64,000 nucleotides of DNA, taken from NCBI RefSeq assembly GCF_000002075.1, contig NW_004797399.1:298746-362745 (forward strand). The letters are read 5' to 3'. The notes below the pieces were generated by a model, which was not told the DNA's origin, did not search any database, and worked only from the letters and a program-made list of their open reading frames with translations. A program made the translations under genes and the position numbers. This document shows, piece by piece, positions 13,029-27,400 of this stretch; within the stretch, counting starts at the first letter, position 1, and each line of letters opens with the position of its first letter. Origin of the DNA: Aplysia californica. Its lineage: Eukaryota.

Positions 13029-13926
13029 CAGTAGTCTCTGCCTAAGATCCCACCGCTTACGATCGGGGTTCGCTTAAGATCCCGCTGTTTTAATTTAAGA
13101 AAACAGAATTTTTTATATACAAAAGTCACCCCAAAGATCCCACTCTGAAGATTTACTTTCGGCTACGATCCCAAATTTCTGATCATAATTTACGGAATAA
13201 AGACCTGGGCGGGCACAGCCGATCAACCGAATGGGGAAAAGTTTAGATCCATTTAATGCCTGTCGCGTCGAAGATCAGCCACTCTCATGAATGTGATCAC
13301 ATTTATATAAGCATTGTAAAACTCAATGAAACGGTACAATGTTTACCCCAGACAATATCACACCGATGTGTGAACTGACCGACGCGTTTGTTTTCCCCAA
13401 ACATCACACTCGCATCTGAGCTCTCCTCCTAAACTTACATCACCTCACTCCAGGCGGGATTGCATCGAACTGTGAACTGTTCCCTGACCATGCTGTTTTC
13501 TCTCTTCCCGAATTTGCGAGACAGACTGAATTTTAATTGGTGTGGTCACAACGTAATGGTGCGTAACGACATAGATGGGGGAACTATGTCAGAGATGAAA
13601 AGCTATAAATTTTCAACAGGTAAACGGGAGGGGCTACTGGATAAGCATAAATCTCAAGACTTGCGATTGGATAATAAATGAAGATGGCACTCTTCATGTC
13701 ACCATGCAGTGTGATAGGTCAACAAGGTTAACCAGTCTTTGCTCGCCATGTCATAAACCCTCCCAGGGGTCATGTCAGTTCATTTTATAGTGGAGGGAGA
13801 CCATTTTACAAACTGTTACCCTTAACATTGGTGACCATATATTCTTCCCTGGGTTCGCCGGCTAAGATCCTGAATTTTCCTTGTTCCCGAGCACCGGGAT
13901 CTTAGGCGGAGACTATTCAACGACTG
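13029..13926. mobile_element. Tc1/mariner (pogo/Tigger-like) non-autonomous element
   Basis: TA|CAGTAGTCTCTGCCTAAGATCCC ... GGGATCTTAGGCGGAGACTA(ttcaacg)ACTG|TA, with repeated internal AAGATCCC motifs. Confidence 0.75.
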
Positions 13927-15465
13927 TAATAGTGCAAGTGTAGTAGTTTATAAACTTACTTGTGACCATGCTATTGTCACAGTGTGAAAAAAGAAATCGA
14001 CTGCTCAGGCTCTGTAAAATTCGATCGCAAAATGACATTTTTTTAATTAGCGTAGTATGGTGGAGTCTTACTCTATATAGGCCTACTGTTGAAATGCAGA
14101 AAAGTTTAAATTAAAGAAAAGAAAGCCACTCGACTCGGTGAGTAAAGTAGTTCTAGAACAGGAAAATCAAAGTGTAGTCTGTTCAGTCTTACTGCCTTTT
14201 TACTGTGTGTACTAACTGATTTAAAAAAATTTGATTTAACATGATGAAAAGGAAGCGCAATGCCATCAGGTACTTGTCAAGCCTTCAATTTTCTCAGTTG
14301 CAGCTGGTGCTGTGGCAATATAGAGACACCCCACCGCCTTTTCTTGATAGACTATTATTCAAGTCTGATTCTGGATGCAATGATAAAAGATTGCGATGAA
14401 TCTGACAGTCTTGCTTGACAGGTTCCACTTTCCGCTCAAGAAATTTCTATTTTTTCCCACATTTAAACAGTAAAGATAATTAACATAATTTTTAGGACTT
14501 CCCTTCCAAAACGCCAACAGCAGTATGGTGTTATAAGTGAGATTTGACGTTACTGAGTTCCTGACTACTGTGTGGCAAACCCTCTGACCTATGCAGTAGA
14601 TCACTCGAAGGGGTCAAGCCCCCTCAATCTCCTCTTTTGAAAACAAGGAAGTTGCAATATCTAAGTGCAATGGTCAGATTGATGTGGAGCAGCTCTTCTG
14701 TTTTGAGTTACATGATGTATCTCACTATTGTTCCCACTCGTCCATCTCTTTCTATTCCCCAATCTTAAAAGTCATGACTGGTTCAGGTGCTTTTCCACTT
14801 CTGCTCTGTAATAGTAATATTAAGCTGTGAAATCCTTCAGGAAAAGTGCACCTTACTCTTGCATACACAGGCGGATGTATTTTTAATTACAATTACATTT
14901 TCTTGACATTCTGACAGACTTTCTTTTCCTCAAATGCCGTTTTATTGATGCACAAGAGAATGTTTGTTTTCTCACTTGAACAGCTTTAAATTCAATTTTA
15001 AAGCTTCCAACTACACTGTACAAGCAGTATCTGTGCAAGTGCTTTACTATCTGTTGAACTATTTCTTTTTTTAAACATTTTTTTTTTTTTTTGAGGATGC
15101 TGAAATTTAGTGCATTATATAGAGATGGTGCTTGTCTTTCTTGATTGTTAATTGTCCTTTTGTCAGTTTTTGTCTGTCTGACATATTCTCAGCACTTAAT
15201 GATTAGTTATTTTGTCTGTGTTTCTATTTAGAAAAAAGGACATTTATTTTACTAATGGTTGTTGTTTTGGGGGTTTTTTTCAGACCGGAACTTCTATTGA
15301 AACGAATTTCTGCAACGCTGATGGACGTCAACAAAGTTAGATGAGCCATCATGTAGCCAGCATGAAAGGTGGTCACAGAATAGTTTGTGATTTTCCATGG
15401 TGTTTTTAATGATCAGATAGAATTTTACTTCAGCTGTGTTTTCATACTGTGTATCAGTTGTCATC

Positions 15466-18400
15466 ATGTCTAAGTCTTCGGAAGAAGTGCTGCTGATTGT
15501 AAAAAATGTGAAGAACAAAAAGACTGATGGAACTTTGTACTTGATGGGAGAGAGGATGGCATGGATGCTGGAGTCGAAGAATGTCTTCAACATAAGTTAC
15601 ATGTACGCAGACATCAAAGGTAAAATTTCCCTTTATTACTAATATATGTATTTTTTAAATACATGATGGGTATTTTCATTGCAGATATGGGGTAGGGAAC
15701 AATGTAAGTATTTGTTTCCTTATGTTTAGCACCTGTAAATCGAATATTCTTAATATCAGATTCTTTTGGTTTTCTATAGTGTAAGTATGCTCCTTTGTGA
15801 GACATTGCTTTTTAGAAGCCCGACAAATAACCTGGAAGAACTTCATGTTGCACTGGAGGAAGAATGGGAAAAAAAAATACTCTGAATGTTCAAGAGCTTT
15901 TGAAGACTAAGCTCTGGATGTCCGGCCTCCATTGAATTAAAGGCATTGTGAAAAAAGTAAAACCAGCCACCGTGGGGGTGTCTCCTTTTATTGATTGAGC
16001 ATGTACAAAAATATCCGTACTTTTATAAGTCATTATTGCCAAAATGCTATGAAATAAGTGTATGAAAAATGATGTAATTCCTTTTCTGTTGGTAAAATAA
16101 ATTTCTGTCAAAAGTATCCTGTTATTTAATCATTGCCTGACCGGATGGTGTGAGTTCTCTTGGGGTTCAATTATGTGACAGTGCTGTTTGTTATTTGATG
16201 AAATCAAGTATCTCATACTGTAGACACTGTGGTTTTAATGTTTAAATAGTAACGGCCAAGTTGTGGTCTTGGCAGTAAAAGTCAAGCTTGAAGTTGTTCT
16301 GTATTTGTCATAGTTTAGATGAATCAAGACAGTTCTGTCACTGTGAAAAAAAGTAAATTAAATGCTGTGGAGATAACCTAAATATGAATGTTTCCTTTTT
16401 TCTAAATCTACAGCTCAGAAGATTTCCCCAGACTCAAAAGAAAAGGTGCAACTTCAAGTGATATTACATGATGGCAGCGCAAACACCTTTCTTTTCAACA
16501 ATCCTCGTAGTCGGCAGACTCAGATGCAAGATCGGGAATCTGTCAAAGAACTGTTGCAGCAACTGCTTCCAAAGTTCAAACGAAAAATCAGTGCTGAGCT
16601 GGAAGAGAAGAACAGGTTGGTCTATGCTGCTTTTACATATTGACTTTTGTAATGTGCAATGTAAAAAGCGTATGAAGAATACACGTTCAACTGCTTGAAT
16701 TTGAAGGACAAAGGCTTACTATTGAACTTTATTTTAGATTTGAACCTGTAGTCTTCACCTCAGCATACTGACCAGACTGTTGGCTATGGTACGTTCAGTC
16801 TTAACCATTTAAGAAGACTAAGTTTGAACTGAACTTCAGATTATTTTTATTCAATCTTTGTCAACTTCATGGATTTAAAAAAAGTTTTCTATTTGTTATT
16901 TCAATTAGGTCATAGGTGATATGACGTTATCCTTCTCTCTTGAGCTTTTTCTGCCTTGTGATTCCTATTATTATACTGCCAACACTTGCTCCTACATCGT
17001 CTCCCAAGACTTACACAACACACAATGCAGGAGAAAGGAACAGTTTATCTTGGCATGATCCGCCTCTAACAACCTGGTATTTGATTAATAGGCAAGAGCC
17101 AGAGGACCGCTGAGAAACACTATATAACCCTCTCAGTGCCGAGAAGCACATTAAATAACCCTCTCTTATTGTGTGTCTCATCTGTTTGTACTCTTCTTTA
17201 CAGCACATTTTACTCATGAATTGTGCAGGCATAGTCGCAAAAACTTCCCTGTCCTCAGCAAAATGTTGTCTGTTTCTCAGGCTGTTGCAGGAAGATCCAG
17301 AGTCCTTTCAACTGTACAAGGATCTGGTCGTGAGTGGAGTGATCACTCCCGAGGAATTCTGGGCTTCAAGAGCTCACGTGAGTTGTCGCTCTCTTAATTA
17401 GGTCTCATAAATAGATTGTGATTTATAGAGGGATTCTCAAGTGTCATAACTGGCTTCTGTGGTGTTGTGGTTAGGAGCCCTACTGTTGTGTGCAAGAGAC
17501 CAGAATTCAATTTCCATTTGAGGAGAGTTTTTATTGAGTATATTCGTCTATCTGCTGGGATGTTGTAATCCTCTCAGCCTGGGTTAGCCCAGACAAGCAG
17601 GGTGGAAGCCTGCATCCTAAATTATCTAAATTGTGTCGATAGGGTTGTAGAAACAACTGAAGAGCACAGGGGGGAAAATGATGTTTGTCACAAACTAGAA
17701 ATTGTGAGGGTGCCAATTGTAAAAGCTTGTTGACTCATAACTTCATATTTGTTTGACTGGTGGTTTATTGTTAAGTATTGTTGAATGGTAAATCTAACAA
17801 CAATAATCAACCAGCAATTGAACAGAAATACGCTTATGAGTCTACAAGAGTTCAAAATTGGTACCCTCACGGTTTTCAGTTTTTTACTACCGTCGTTTTT
17901 CCCCTGTAGTCTTCAACTAGATTTTAAAGAAAAACAAATTTCAAAAGCCACACAAAACAGGGGAGTGTTCATGGTCAATGTGCAACACTACTTTGGAGAA
18001 AGCTTGGTGACCCCTGCGTCAGAGAAATGACAGCTGGGTGAAGTAAGTTATGTAGAAAGTGTCTGCAATAATATTGTTTGTAATCTCGAAGCTGCTGAGC
18101 TTTGTGCTTACAACTTGAACTTTGTGCCCTGAAAGGAGTCATCTTATGTGGACAAAGGGATGCAACCATGTTTTAAAAAATGTTCAATTTTGTACCAAAA
18201 AGAGTTGATTTTCTTTGACTTCCTTTTTTTTAAATTGTTTTTTTATTTCAAACTCTGCCACTTATCATCCAGCACCAGTAAATAACTCATCATCAGGACT
18301 AACTAATGTCTTTTGTCTTACATCTTCATTTTCATAACAGCCAGGACCTCGATGTGGCGCTCCCCTCAAAGGACACAATTCATTGCCAAATCTGTCCTGC

Positions 18401-21400
18401 GCCATCTTAATGGGAAACATTTCCCGGTCCTTGCTTGTCATAAAGGCAACATTTGAAACGGGCGTGGCTACAAAGGAAAGAAAGTAAATTCAGTTTAATT
18501 ACTTTGTTCTCAGATTGGTATCGGTAGTGAAAAAGTTCTTCTGATTTCAAACACATTCATTCAAAGTGCAAATTCAGCTATGTCTTGAAATATGCTCGTT
18601 TTCACCTGATCAAGTAGATGAGAAACAGAATTTAATGGAAAATTCATTTCAACTTCATTCTCCTAAAAAATGTAACTGGTGAAATACTGAAGAGTATTCT
18701 GCTATATAATGCAACATTAGCCCCATAAACGAGTTGCTTAAGTCTCTTTCCATATTCACATTAAGAGTCGATCAAACCAAAGTCTATATCAGGGACATCA
18801 ATAGACTTGACAAGAATGTTGAACTCCCCAAATAGAATTCATTGTGAGGCAAAATCACAAGGTCAAGCTGTAAAACATACAAACAGTCTGTACAAAAGTA
18901 CGGACGTCGCACAGACCAGGAGGGGAGACATTTTGGGGGAAGATTAATTAGAAAAGACTGATCTCTCCTCTGAGAGTGAAAATGTAAAACTTTATAGGAA
19001 AGTGAGCATAAAAGAATAAAGGACGTAATGAAAGAATAGATTGTGACATTTAAGAGGAAAATCAGGGGTCTCAATTCAGAATTTTAAAAAAGGAGGNNNN
19101 NNNNNNNNNNNNNNNNNNNNNNNNNNNNNNNNNNNNNNNNNNNNNNNNNNNNNNNNNNNNNNNNNNNNNNNNNNNNNNNNNNNNNNNNNNNNNNNNCCAT
19201 TCTGCTGGCTGGAATGGCTAAGTCTCTTTTTTTTTTGTGAAACATGACAGTGTTTAAGTCTCTTTTTTTTGGGGTGAAACACAGTGTTTAACTGCCTGGC
19301 GCAGAGTGCCTCTGTAGGCTTATGCAGAGTTTGGTAATTACAAAAGTGAACTTATCGCCATGTTTCTTTTCTTGTTAAGATCTTCATTTTGTCAACGTCT
19401 GTATCTTAGAATTTCAGAATCACCCATTTGTTTAACTCTTTATCTTCGACAAGCCGTTCCCAGCAGCTCATGGTCGGAACTTCTGTGCCGATGAGCCGCT
19501 GACAGCGGCCCGGGTACATTCCTTTACGACGACATGGACATCAAATTACTTTTTGGCAATTGTCGAAAACTGATTCCTTTTACCGGAAGTTCATTCATTA
19601 GATGAAGTACTATCATAATAGGTTTGCTAGTTTTGATTTAATTACCCATTTAGTGACGTTTTGTCATTTTTAGATTTAGTACCCCCCTCAGAGATAAAGA
19701 GTTAATTGAAAAAATTGAAGTCTTCATTTTTCAAGATTCAGAGAGCAATGCAAAGTAACTTATCTTTAGGAACTAATTTGCTGTATGAAATCAACACACA
19801 TTTTTATTATCCTTTTTTATCTTCTCCTTTTCCAAAATTAGATGTTGCCATCATCAACTTCTTCATCATCATCATCGGGCGGTAAGACTGCTCCAGCTCA
19901 AAATGTTGGTGTGTCACCTGCTTTTTTGGTAAGTTTTATCTAATTTTTAGTGCCAATATTTGATTTGTGTACAGTTTCCCAAACTTAACACCTGAGAGAA
20001 GGTTGATGCTCATGATGCTCTTTGGAGTGTTTTGCTTTATTCATTCCGTAGATGTTCCTGTGGTATGCTACAGGAATGCTCACCGAGTTATTAGCATTGT
20101 TGCATTCTACGGCCTGAATATTCCAACTATGTTTGTTTCAGGCTGACATCAAACCAGTGACAGATGGCGCCAATGGTCTCAAGTACAACTTAACTCAAGA
20201 CATCATACAGTCGATATTCAAAACATATCCAATGGGTAAGATGTAGTAGTACTTCAGAGGTGCCAAATTTCTGGACAAATCTGGTTTCCTGAAATTTTCC
20301 GCATTTCACCTTGCTATAAGCAGATTGTTGAGTTAATGCACTTTATATAAAAACAGTCTTGATACAAAATGTGTTAGGGGAAATGATCTGTAAATTTTGA
20401 GTCCCCTTGTGTGTGCTTCCATAGGGTCCATAAAGTTTGAGGATTTTTTTTTTTAGCCAGTTGGCAGCTTTGGTACATACTACGAGTAATTCTGTGAAGA
20501 TGTCAGCTTCAAGTCACTTTTATTTGCCAGGGATCGACATGCTTTTTCATCAAGAGTAATATCCTGCTTATAGGATTTTATATTCTGAGCCTTCAACTAC
20601 CTTATTGTTCCTTATTGATTTGCCAGGTGATATATTTATAAATGTTAATTTGAAACTCTGCCTTGGAATCTTTTGCAGAAGTCTTTTTTTTTTCTAAGTG
20701 AAATAGTTTGTTCTTATGTCTGTGAAGCATTTTGAAAATCATTTAATCATCTTTATGAGCTGAATCCCACCTCTCTCTCTCATGTGCAGTAAAAAAGAAG
20801 CATGCTGAAGCTGTGCCTCATCAGGTCAGTGACTGTGAGTTCTGGAGTCGTTTCTTCCAATCGCATTATTTCCACCGAGATCGTCACGCCTTATCATCTG
20901 AAGATATTTTCACAGAGTGTGCCAAGAATGACGAAGAAGGTATTTCATTTTATTTTGGAAATAATTGGAAAAGGCAAAGATTTGGTTGTTTTTTAAAATA
21001 TTAATTACATCTTCGTCAGTGGTTGTATTAGATGTGCATGGGAAACCTCTTTATGACTTTAGTTGTTGTTGTTATTGATCCAGAACTTGTTACTTTAGAA
21101 ACACTGGTATACAAAGAAAATAGTGTCTGCTATTTGATGATCTGATGATTACGGAGACGATATTGATGTATTATGTTGGTGGTTTTTAAAAATGTTTTGG
21201 CACTTGTTCTGTTTCAATTGCTGTGTCTTAACCCTATCCGTACGTCGTGTTTTACTATCGTATCCGTACGACATTGGGAACTCTGTGCCACCACTTTCAA
21301 AAGAGGAAATTTACTTGTTAATCCAATCTGTATGCTTGGCATAGTGGTCTGTCAAAATGATTTTTTGAGAAATACTGAAAGTTTCAAAGAGATCTTCACT

Positions 21401-24400
21401 CTAGAAGTATTCTAAAACGTGAAAAATACAACCCTGTGGGTACAAAATGACCTCAGGGCGTACGGATAGGGTTAATAATCTGCTGAAGGTTAACTTAAAA
21501 CTCACAACATGTAATGAAATTACACTTAAAGGGGGCATATGCATGACTTCAGCCCAGTCAGACTAATTTTCTGACTGTAATTTTTCTTTCCCCAGTTATG
21601 AAAGATGAAATCACAAAAAATGTGAATGACCCCTTGGTCGACCTCACTCAGATGAAGGATCAGTCACTGGAGGACGTGAGTGTGACTTACTTATACAGGA
21701 TGGTTCAGAAAGAATACGCCAAAATCATCATGTGATATTTCAAAAACAAGAAACAGTAGAAAACTCCAGCTTGGACACATGTGTTGTACATACTTTCCAG
21801 TTTTTATTTCATGTTTTACAAGTGCTCAATGTGGCCACCACCGGCAGCATGGACAGCGTAAAGCCAATATGAAAATAACTCGCAAACACGCCTCAGAATC
21901 TCTAAGGCCACCATATTGATTGTAGCTGTTGATGATTTTGGCATAGTCTTTTTGAATCACCCTATGTTTTCCTAGAACAGCAGTCAATTAGCTGTGCATC
22001 CTATGGCTAGAGGCTGAGTGGTGGCAAAATGATCCCCAGTCTAATTAGTCTGTAAAATATAAGTTATGGTTAACTCATTCGCTACGTCGAGCCGTGGGGG
22101 GCGGCTCGACAACCGATCTTTAATTTTAGCTTAGATTCTATTTCAATCCACATATCCATGTTAAAATAAAGGTCATAATATAATGTGGACTTCCGGGTCA
22201 AGCATTTCCACTGAAAATCGGAGATTTAGATTCAGATTTGAAACCCGATTTCGTAGTTTATTAGACTTTGTTTTATCGCGATGCCAAAATTATACCGCGG
22301 ACACCAGTCCTAGTAACTCTACACAACAAAATCTATCATTATTTTGCCCACTAAAGAAATGTAGGACTCTTTTTTATAATATTGATACAATTGGACTCAT
22401 ATTGCCAATGCACTGTAAATGAGAAATCAATATTTTTGAGTGCTAGGTTTAGATCTAAATTGTCAAAATATTTTTTTCTCCCCAAAATCACTACTTTTTG
22501 AAGAAATCACACAAAAAGCGCCACTCAAGACATGTATAGGTTTATTCCAAATGCAATTCTGAATAATTCCATATAAGATACGAGTGGGTTTTTTCTGTTT
22601 GTGATCGTTTTTCAAGATTATAAAAAAATTAATTTTTTTCAATATCGGATGTTATGATCTAAATGTACAAATATTATGGAATGTATGTAAATAACTGCAA
22701 ACTTTTCAATATTTTCCCGTTTTATATTCATTTATGGTTATTTTGATGTATCATTTGACTAGGTGCAAACATATTTTTTGAGTTTCGCCAAAGATTATTA
22801 ATTTTTTATTTTCAAATTTTATCCACATCCTATCAAAATTGTGTTGCATAATCGCCTCTTACAGGAACCAAAGTTGAAAAATACATAAATAAACATTACA
22901 TATGTATTCTACAAACCATACTAAAAATATTGGTATATAAGACGTTGATATTTATTTGAATTTGTGGCCCCAAAGACTTTTTAACTGCCCACTAGTCATC
23001 ATCTCATTCGCCCTCCCGAAAAAAATTCATCCACAAGCCGAAAATAATACGTAGCGAATGGGTTAAAATCCTTTGTCTTGTTGAATCCACTCCATGAGAG
23101 AACAAGAACTGAGTTTGTTTGCATGCACTACAAGAATTTGAAGTGATTTTTTTTTTACATTTTTCTCTTTTGTTTTTGGATCATGTATTAGAGAACATAG
23201 TTGATAGTTTGGTGCTCATATGACCCTATGCAGTTGCTAGCGCCGTAAAACCCTCTACTATAAAGAAAATAAATAGTTGATGGTACAACTTTTAAGCACT
23301 ACTTCTTCATTCTTTCTTTGTTGTTTATGTCTATTTGTCATATATTATGTTTATTGCTATTACATTGATGTTCATCTTTTTCACCCAAATAAGTATTATT
23401 CAGAATTGAAGTGCATTGCTTGCCTTTCTTGAATGAAATTACCATAAGTGGACATTTATATGTAGGAATAATGCTCATCGAGCTAAAAGGGTAAACTTAT
23501 ACGTCTTCCTTGTTCACTTGTGATTACAGGACTCCTGAAAAAGTTTTGCAGCTGTCTTGCTTTTCCTCAACCTTTAACATATCAATATTTCTCTCACTGT
23601 CTTGTAATCAAACTTGTGTCCTGTGAAATGTGCCCTTGGGTGGTTGGAGGGCTCAACTGAGAGGTCAAGCTTCTTTTCATTCCTTACTTTTCTGTGCACT
23701 AAAGAGCCATTAGTGTGTCGATATGCTTCTCTTTACTCCCAACTCCATCTGAAATGTGCCCAATGGTACTTTTACTTTTTCTGTCCTTTTGTACCTCAAG
23801 GTGTTGAGGGGATATACAATTGTTGGATGTGGGCCAGGTGTGTTACCGTCAATACTGCATCCACTTGTTGAAAAGTACAACATTGTACGGTAAGCTTCCC
23901 GGGAAGCTGAGAATGTTTCTGAGTGTTCTATGGTCTGCTGGGGTAATAATATAGTGTAACGCCCATAGAACTTGCTATCGAGGGAGGATATGCGCTGTAC
24001 TAATGCTATTAAAATTTATTATATTATTTCTTAAAATTACTTAATGTATATTTTCAGGATTACCGAGGCATAGTAGATGATACAAGAACAAGCAATAACG
24101 TGTCCAACCAAGCCATGATCCGGCGGTTCAACCAGCATTCCACACTCGTCCTGCGGGCCTGCACCAGCGCCTCTACGGGAGGGGTGGCCAGCGAAAACTC
24201 TGCTGTGGAAGGTGGCAGGAAAGAGAAAGATTCTTCCAGAAAGTCAAAGTCGAATGAGGTGAACCATGTCAATGGGGGTGTGGCCCATCCAACCAATGGG
24301 ACTTCTGACTCGGTGGAAGAACCTCACAGGAAAAAGGTTAGTGTTTCTCCCCTCCCCCCACTCATACACACCTATTGAATAAACTTTATTTTTTGTTTGA

Positions 24401-27400
24401 TTCCTGTGTGTTTAGGGGGGGTTTTGGTTTTTTTTGTCATAATGTAATCCCTTCTCTCTACTGGATCTTTATGCTCTCTCGTCCCCGATTGGCTGTGGCG
24501 AGCAGGGTTAAAGAAGCCCACCTATACAGTCCAAATTTTATGGATGGGAGCATTAAACATCTTCAATAATGATTACTTATAAGGCTAGATGGGTTGCAGT
24601 CAGATCAGATCTCTACAGAAAAATGAACCAGTTGCTTCTCTTCTCTTAACCAAATGAGCCAAAGCCCTCTGATCCTGCAGGACCCCTGTACCAGAGCTGT
24701 TGGACAGCTGCTTGTTTTCACCACCACTCGGTGGGGTGTACAGATTGGTAATGGTAGCTTGCTGAGGTATCCACTCGGATCCAAAGAGTTAAACAATGCA
24801 CCTCTGGATTTTTGTGTGCACGGTCGAACCATTTCAAGACGACCATCCATTGTCACGGAGAAAAGCGGTCATTTTAGGCAGGGTGTCCTCTTGAATAGTG
24901 TCATTTCTTCTTTATCTTCATGTGTGTTAGGTTCAGAACAGACATTGACGTTCACCCCGAGGGCAGTGCTACAGATGTGAAGTGTCTTTAGGCCATTCTC
25001 AAAGGAGGGGTATTTACACGTTCTTATGCACAGTAGAATTGTAAATAGACTGATTTATCAATGTCATGCTCACATTGTCCCTGAACTGCAGCAGGGAAGT
25101 GCTGCTTTTTCTTTCATCATCCTTACGATCGTCATTTTTCCTCTACGTCTTTTGTATGTTTGTCACTCATTTGTGAACTGCTATTTCCAGGGTGCCTTGA
25201 TAGTCGAAGCAGACTTTGTGCTGTTGGGGCTAGAGAGGTGAGCAGAGTAAGCCTGATTCCCCGTTTGGACTTCACTGTTGACATCCACCCCTTGGCGCTT
25301 ATATGACCTTTTGCAGTTGCAAGCGCCGTAAAACCTTACTAAAACAAAAAAAACTTTCCACACAGCAACAGGTTCTCTAGTGTCATTATAGGATAGCAAA
25401 TATCGTAAAGGAGTTCGAGGTCATTTGTACAGATACTTGTCTTGAACATGTGGCCGTTATATCAGGTTTGATCTTACTTTGATCCACAGGAAAGACACAC
25501 GACAACACACAAAGGAGCACACGAGTGGACATGCGTTTTGTTGTTGCATAACATGTGTTATCATTGTGGTAAATCTTTGATGAATTGTTATCTCTACTGT
25601 GTGTGTGCTTCAGCTCAACCCACAAAGTCATGAGTATTTTTTTGCATTTGTTTACAGAAACGGATAAAGGAAAAGATTGGATTTGAAGATTTGGACGATA
25701 AAGAGGAATCTGAAGGTGTCACTTTAAGGTGAGCAAAAAGTTTCGGGTGACATAGTTAGTTACTCTTTGGTTGTATTTGCTGTTTTTGGTGTTATTTGTC
25801 ATGGTCATGCAGTCAAATACTGGTTGATGGGGCTCTGAGGTTGTCTGCTCCTTCTGCTTCTTGTCAAGATTTTATTCTGCTGTAAGCTGACAAAACGCCT
25901 TTTTTTTAAATTCACTGCAGTTTTGAGAAAAAGAAGTTTTTTGTCAATGTAACCATCTAGAAATAGCATTCTTTCAAAATTTGGATTCTACTTTATTCAA
26001 AAACTAGTCACAGTTTCACTTGGATTTTTTTCACACAAGTAGGGTAACTGATCCGGCTTTCGATTTTGCAAGTTAAGAAATTTGGCGCCAAAATGAAAAA
26101 AGGGCATTTTGTCAGCTAAGAGCAGTATTGTTTGAAGTTGTTCTTGTCTAAATGTGGCTATTATTGTGAGGTTTGCTGTAAATCATTGGGGCTCAAGCAG
26201 CGGGATGGCTAATGAGCTCAAGCTCACATGTACAATGCTCAGCAAAGATACGGCTTACAGATGGTTGATTACCGGTATGTGTCCTTGAGCAAGATACCCA
26301 AACCGTTCTTCCATAGTGACTACCAGCAATGTCATTCTACCATTTCAATTTATGTTTTTACTACACTGTTGTCTGTAATGCGTGTTGATATTAAAAATTT
26401 CCTTATGGGTCAATGTAGTTGTGCTTTTTCTTAATGTAATTTTTTTTTAACTACACCTTGTGGGTGGTTGACGGGTGCTCCGGTGTGGTTTGCTCCTTCT
26501 TTCCTATAAAAGATCTATCGTCTTTATCTCCCCTCCTTCTTTTTTTATATTTGTTACTCTCTTGTAACACCTCTAATCTTCGCCACTTATTGTGTTGCAA
26601 GTGCCGTAAAACTCTTACTAAAACTAGACTGCACCTCAACAATTTTCATTTTTCTTGCATTAAGATGGGAGGATGATGGAGCTGTTTATGTGTGTAAGAT
26701 GTCAGTTTTGGTTTTGGTTTAAACAATATTCTAAAGTGTTATATGAGATTTTTTAGTGTAAATTTATTGACGACATGTAATTGCTTTGTCTGTTGCAGAC
26801 TGACTCAAATGGACCGCTACCTTCACGGTCCAACCCCGTCCAGCAGCACAGCCTCCGCCTCAGTGGCCAGTCGCCTCGGTCATGATGATGTCACCTCAGA
26901 GGATGCCATATTGTCTGTCGCCAGCGAAGTGGAGGGTTGGGGCAGTGCGCGGCACATGGTAGGCTGATCGGCTTTTTCATCCATGGGAACCACTGCTTGG
27001 AAGTTTTCAATGGGTTTTTTTTTGGGGGGGGGGGGGGTTGTTTGCTTTTTTTAATGCTTAGTACGTTGCTTTTAATCTGTATGTCCAACCTGTTATTTAG
27101 TCCCAAATTTTAAAGAAAGCCATACACATCGAGTTGCATTAGAAATTTACCTTTGGAGAGGAAAATGCAGACACAGTGAAGCATTTCTTTTTCGGTCAGA
27201 CAGATCTGCTACCCAGATGTTTCCCTATTCATTTCTTATTCCCTGTATATAAAAAATGTGGCCTTTCTACTTGAGGTCAAACCTGTAGCAGCATCTGCAG
27301 GTTTACTGTTTTCATGACCAAGTAACATACTCTTTTGACATACATGTACTTTGTGTAAAATGAATTTTGATTCTTGACATTTATCAATGATGACTTGGGG

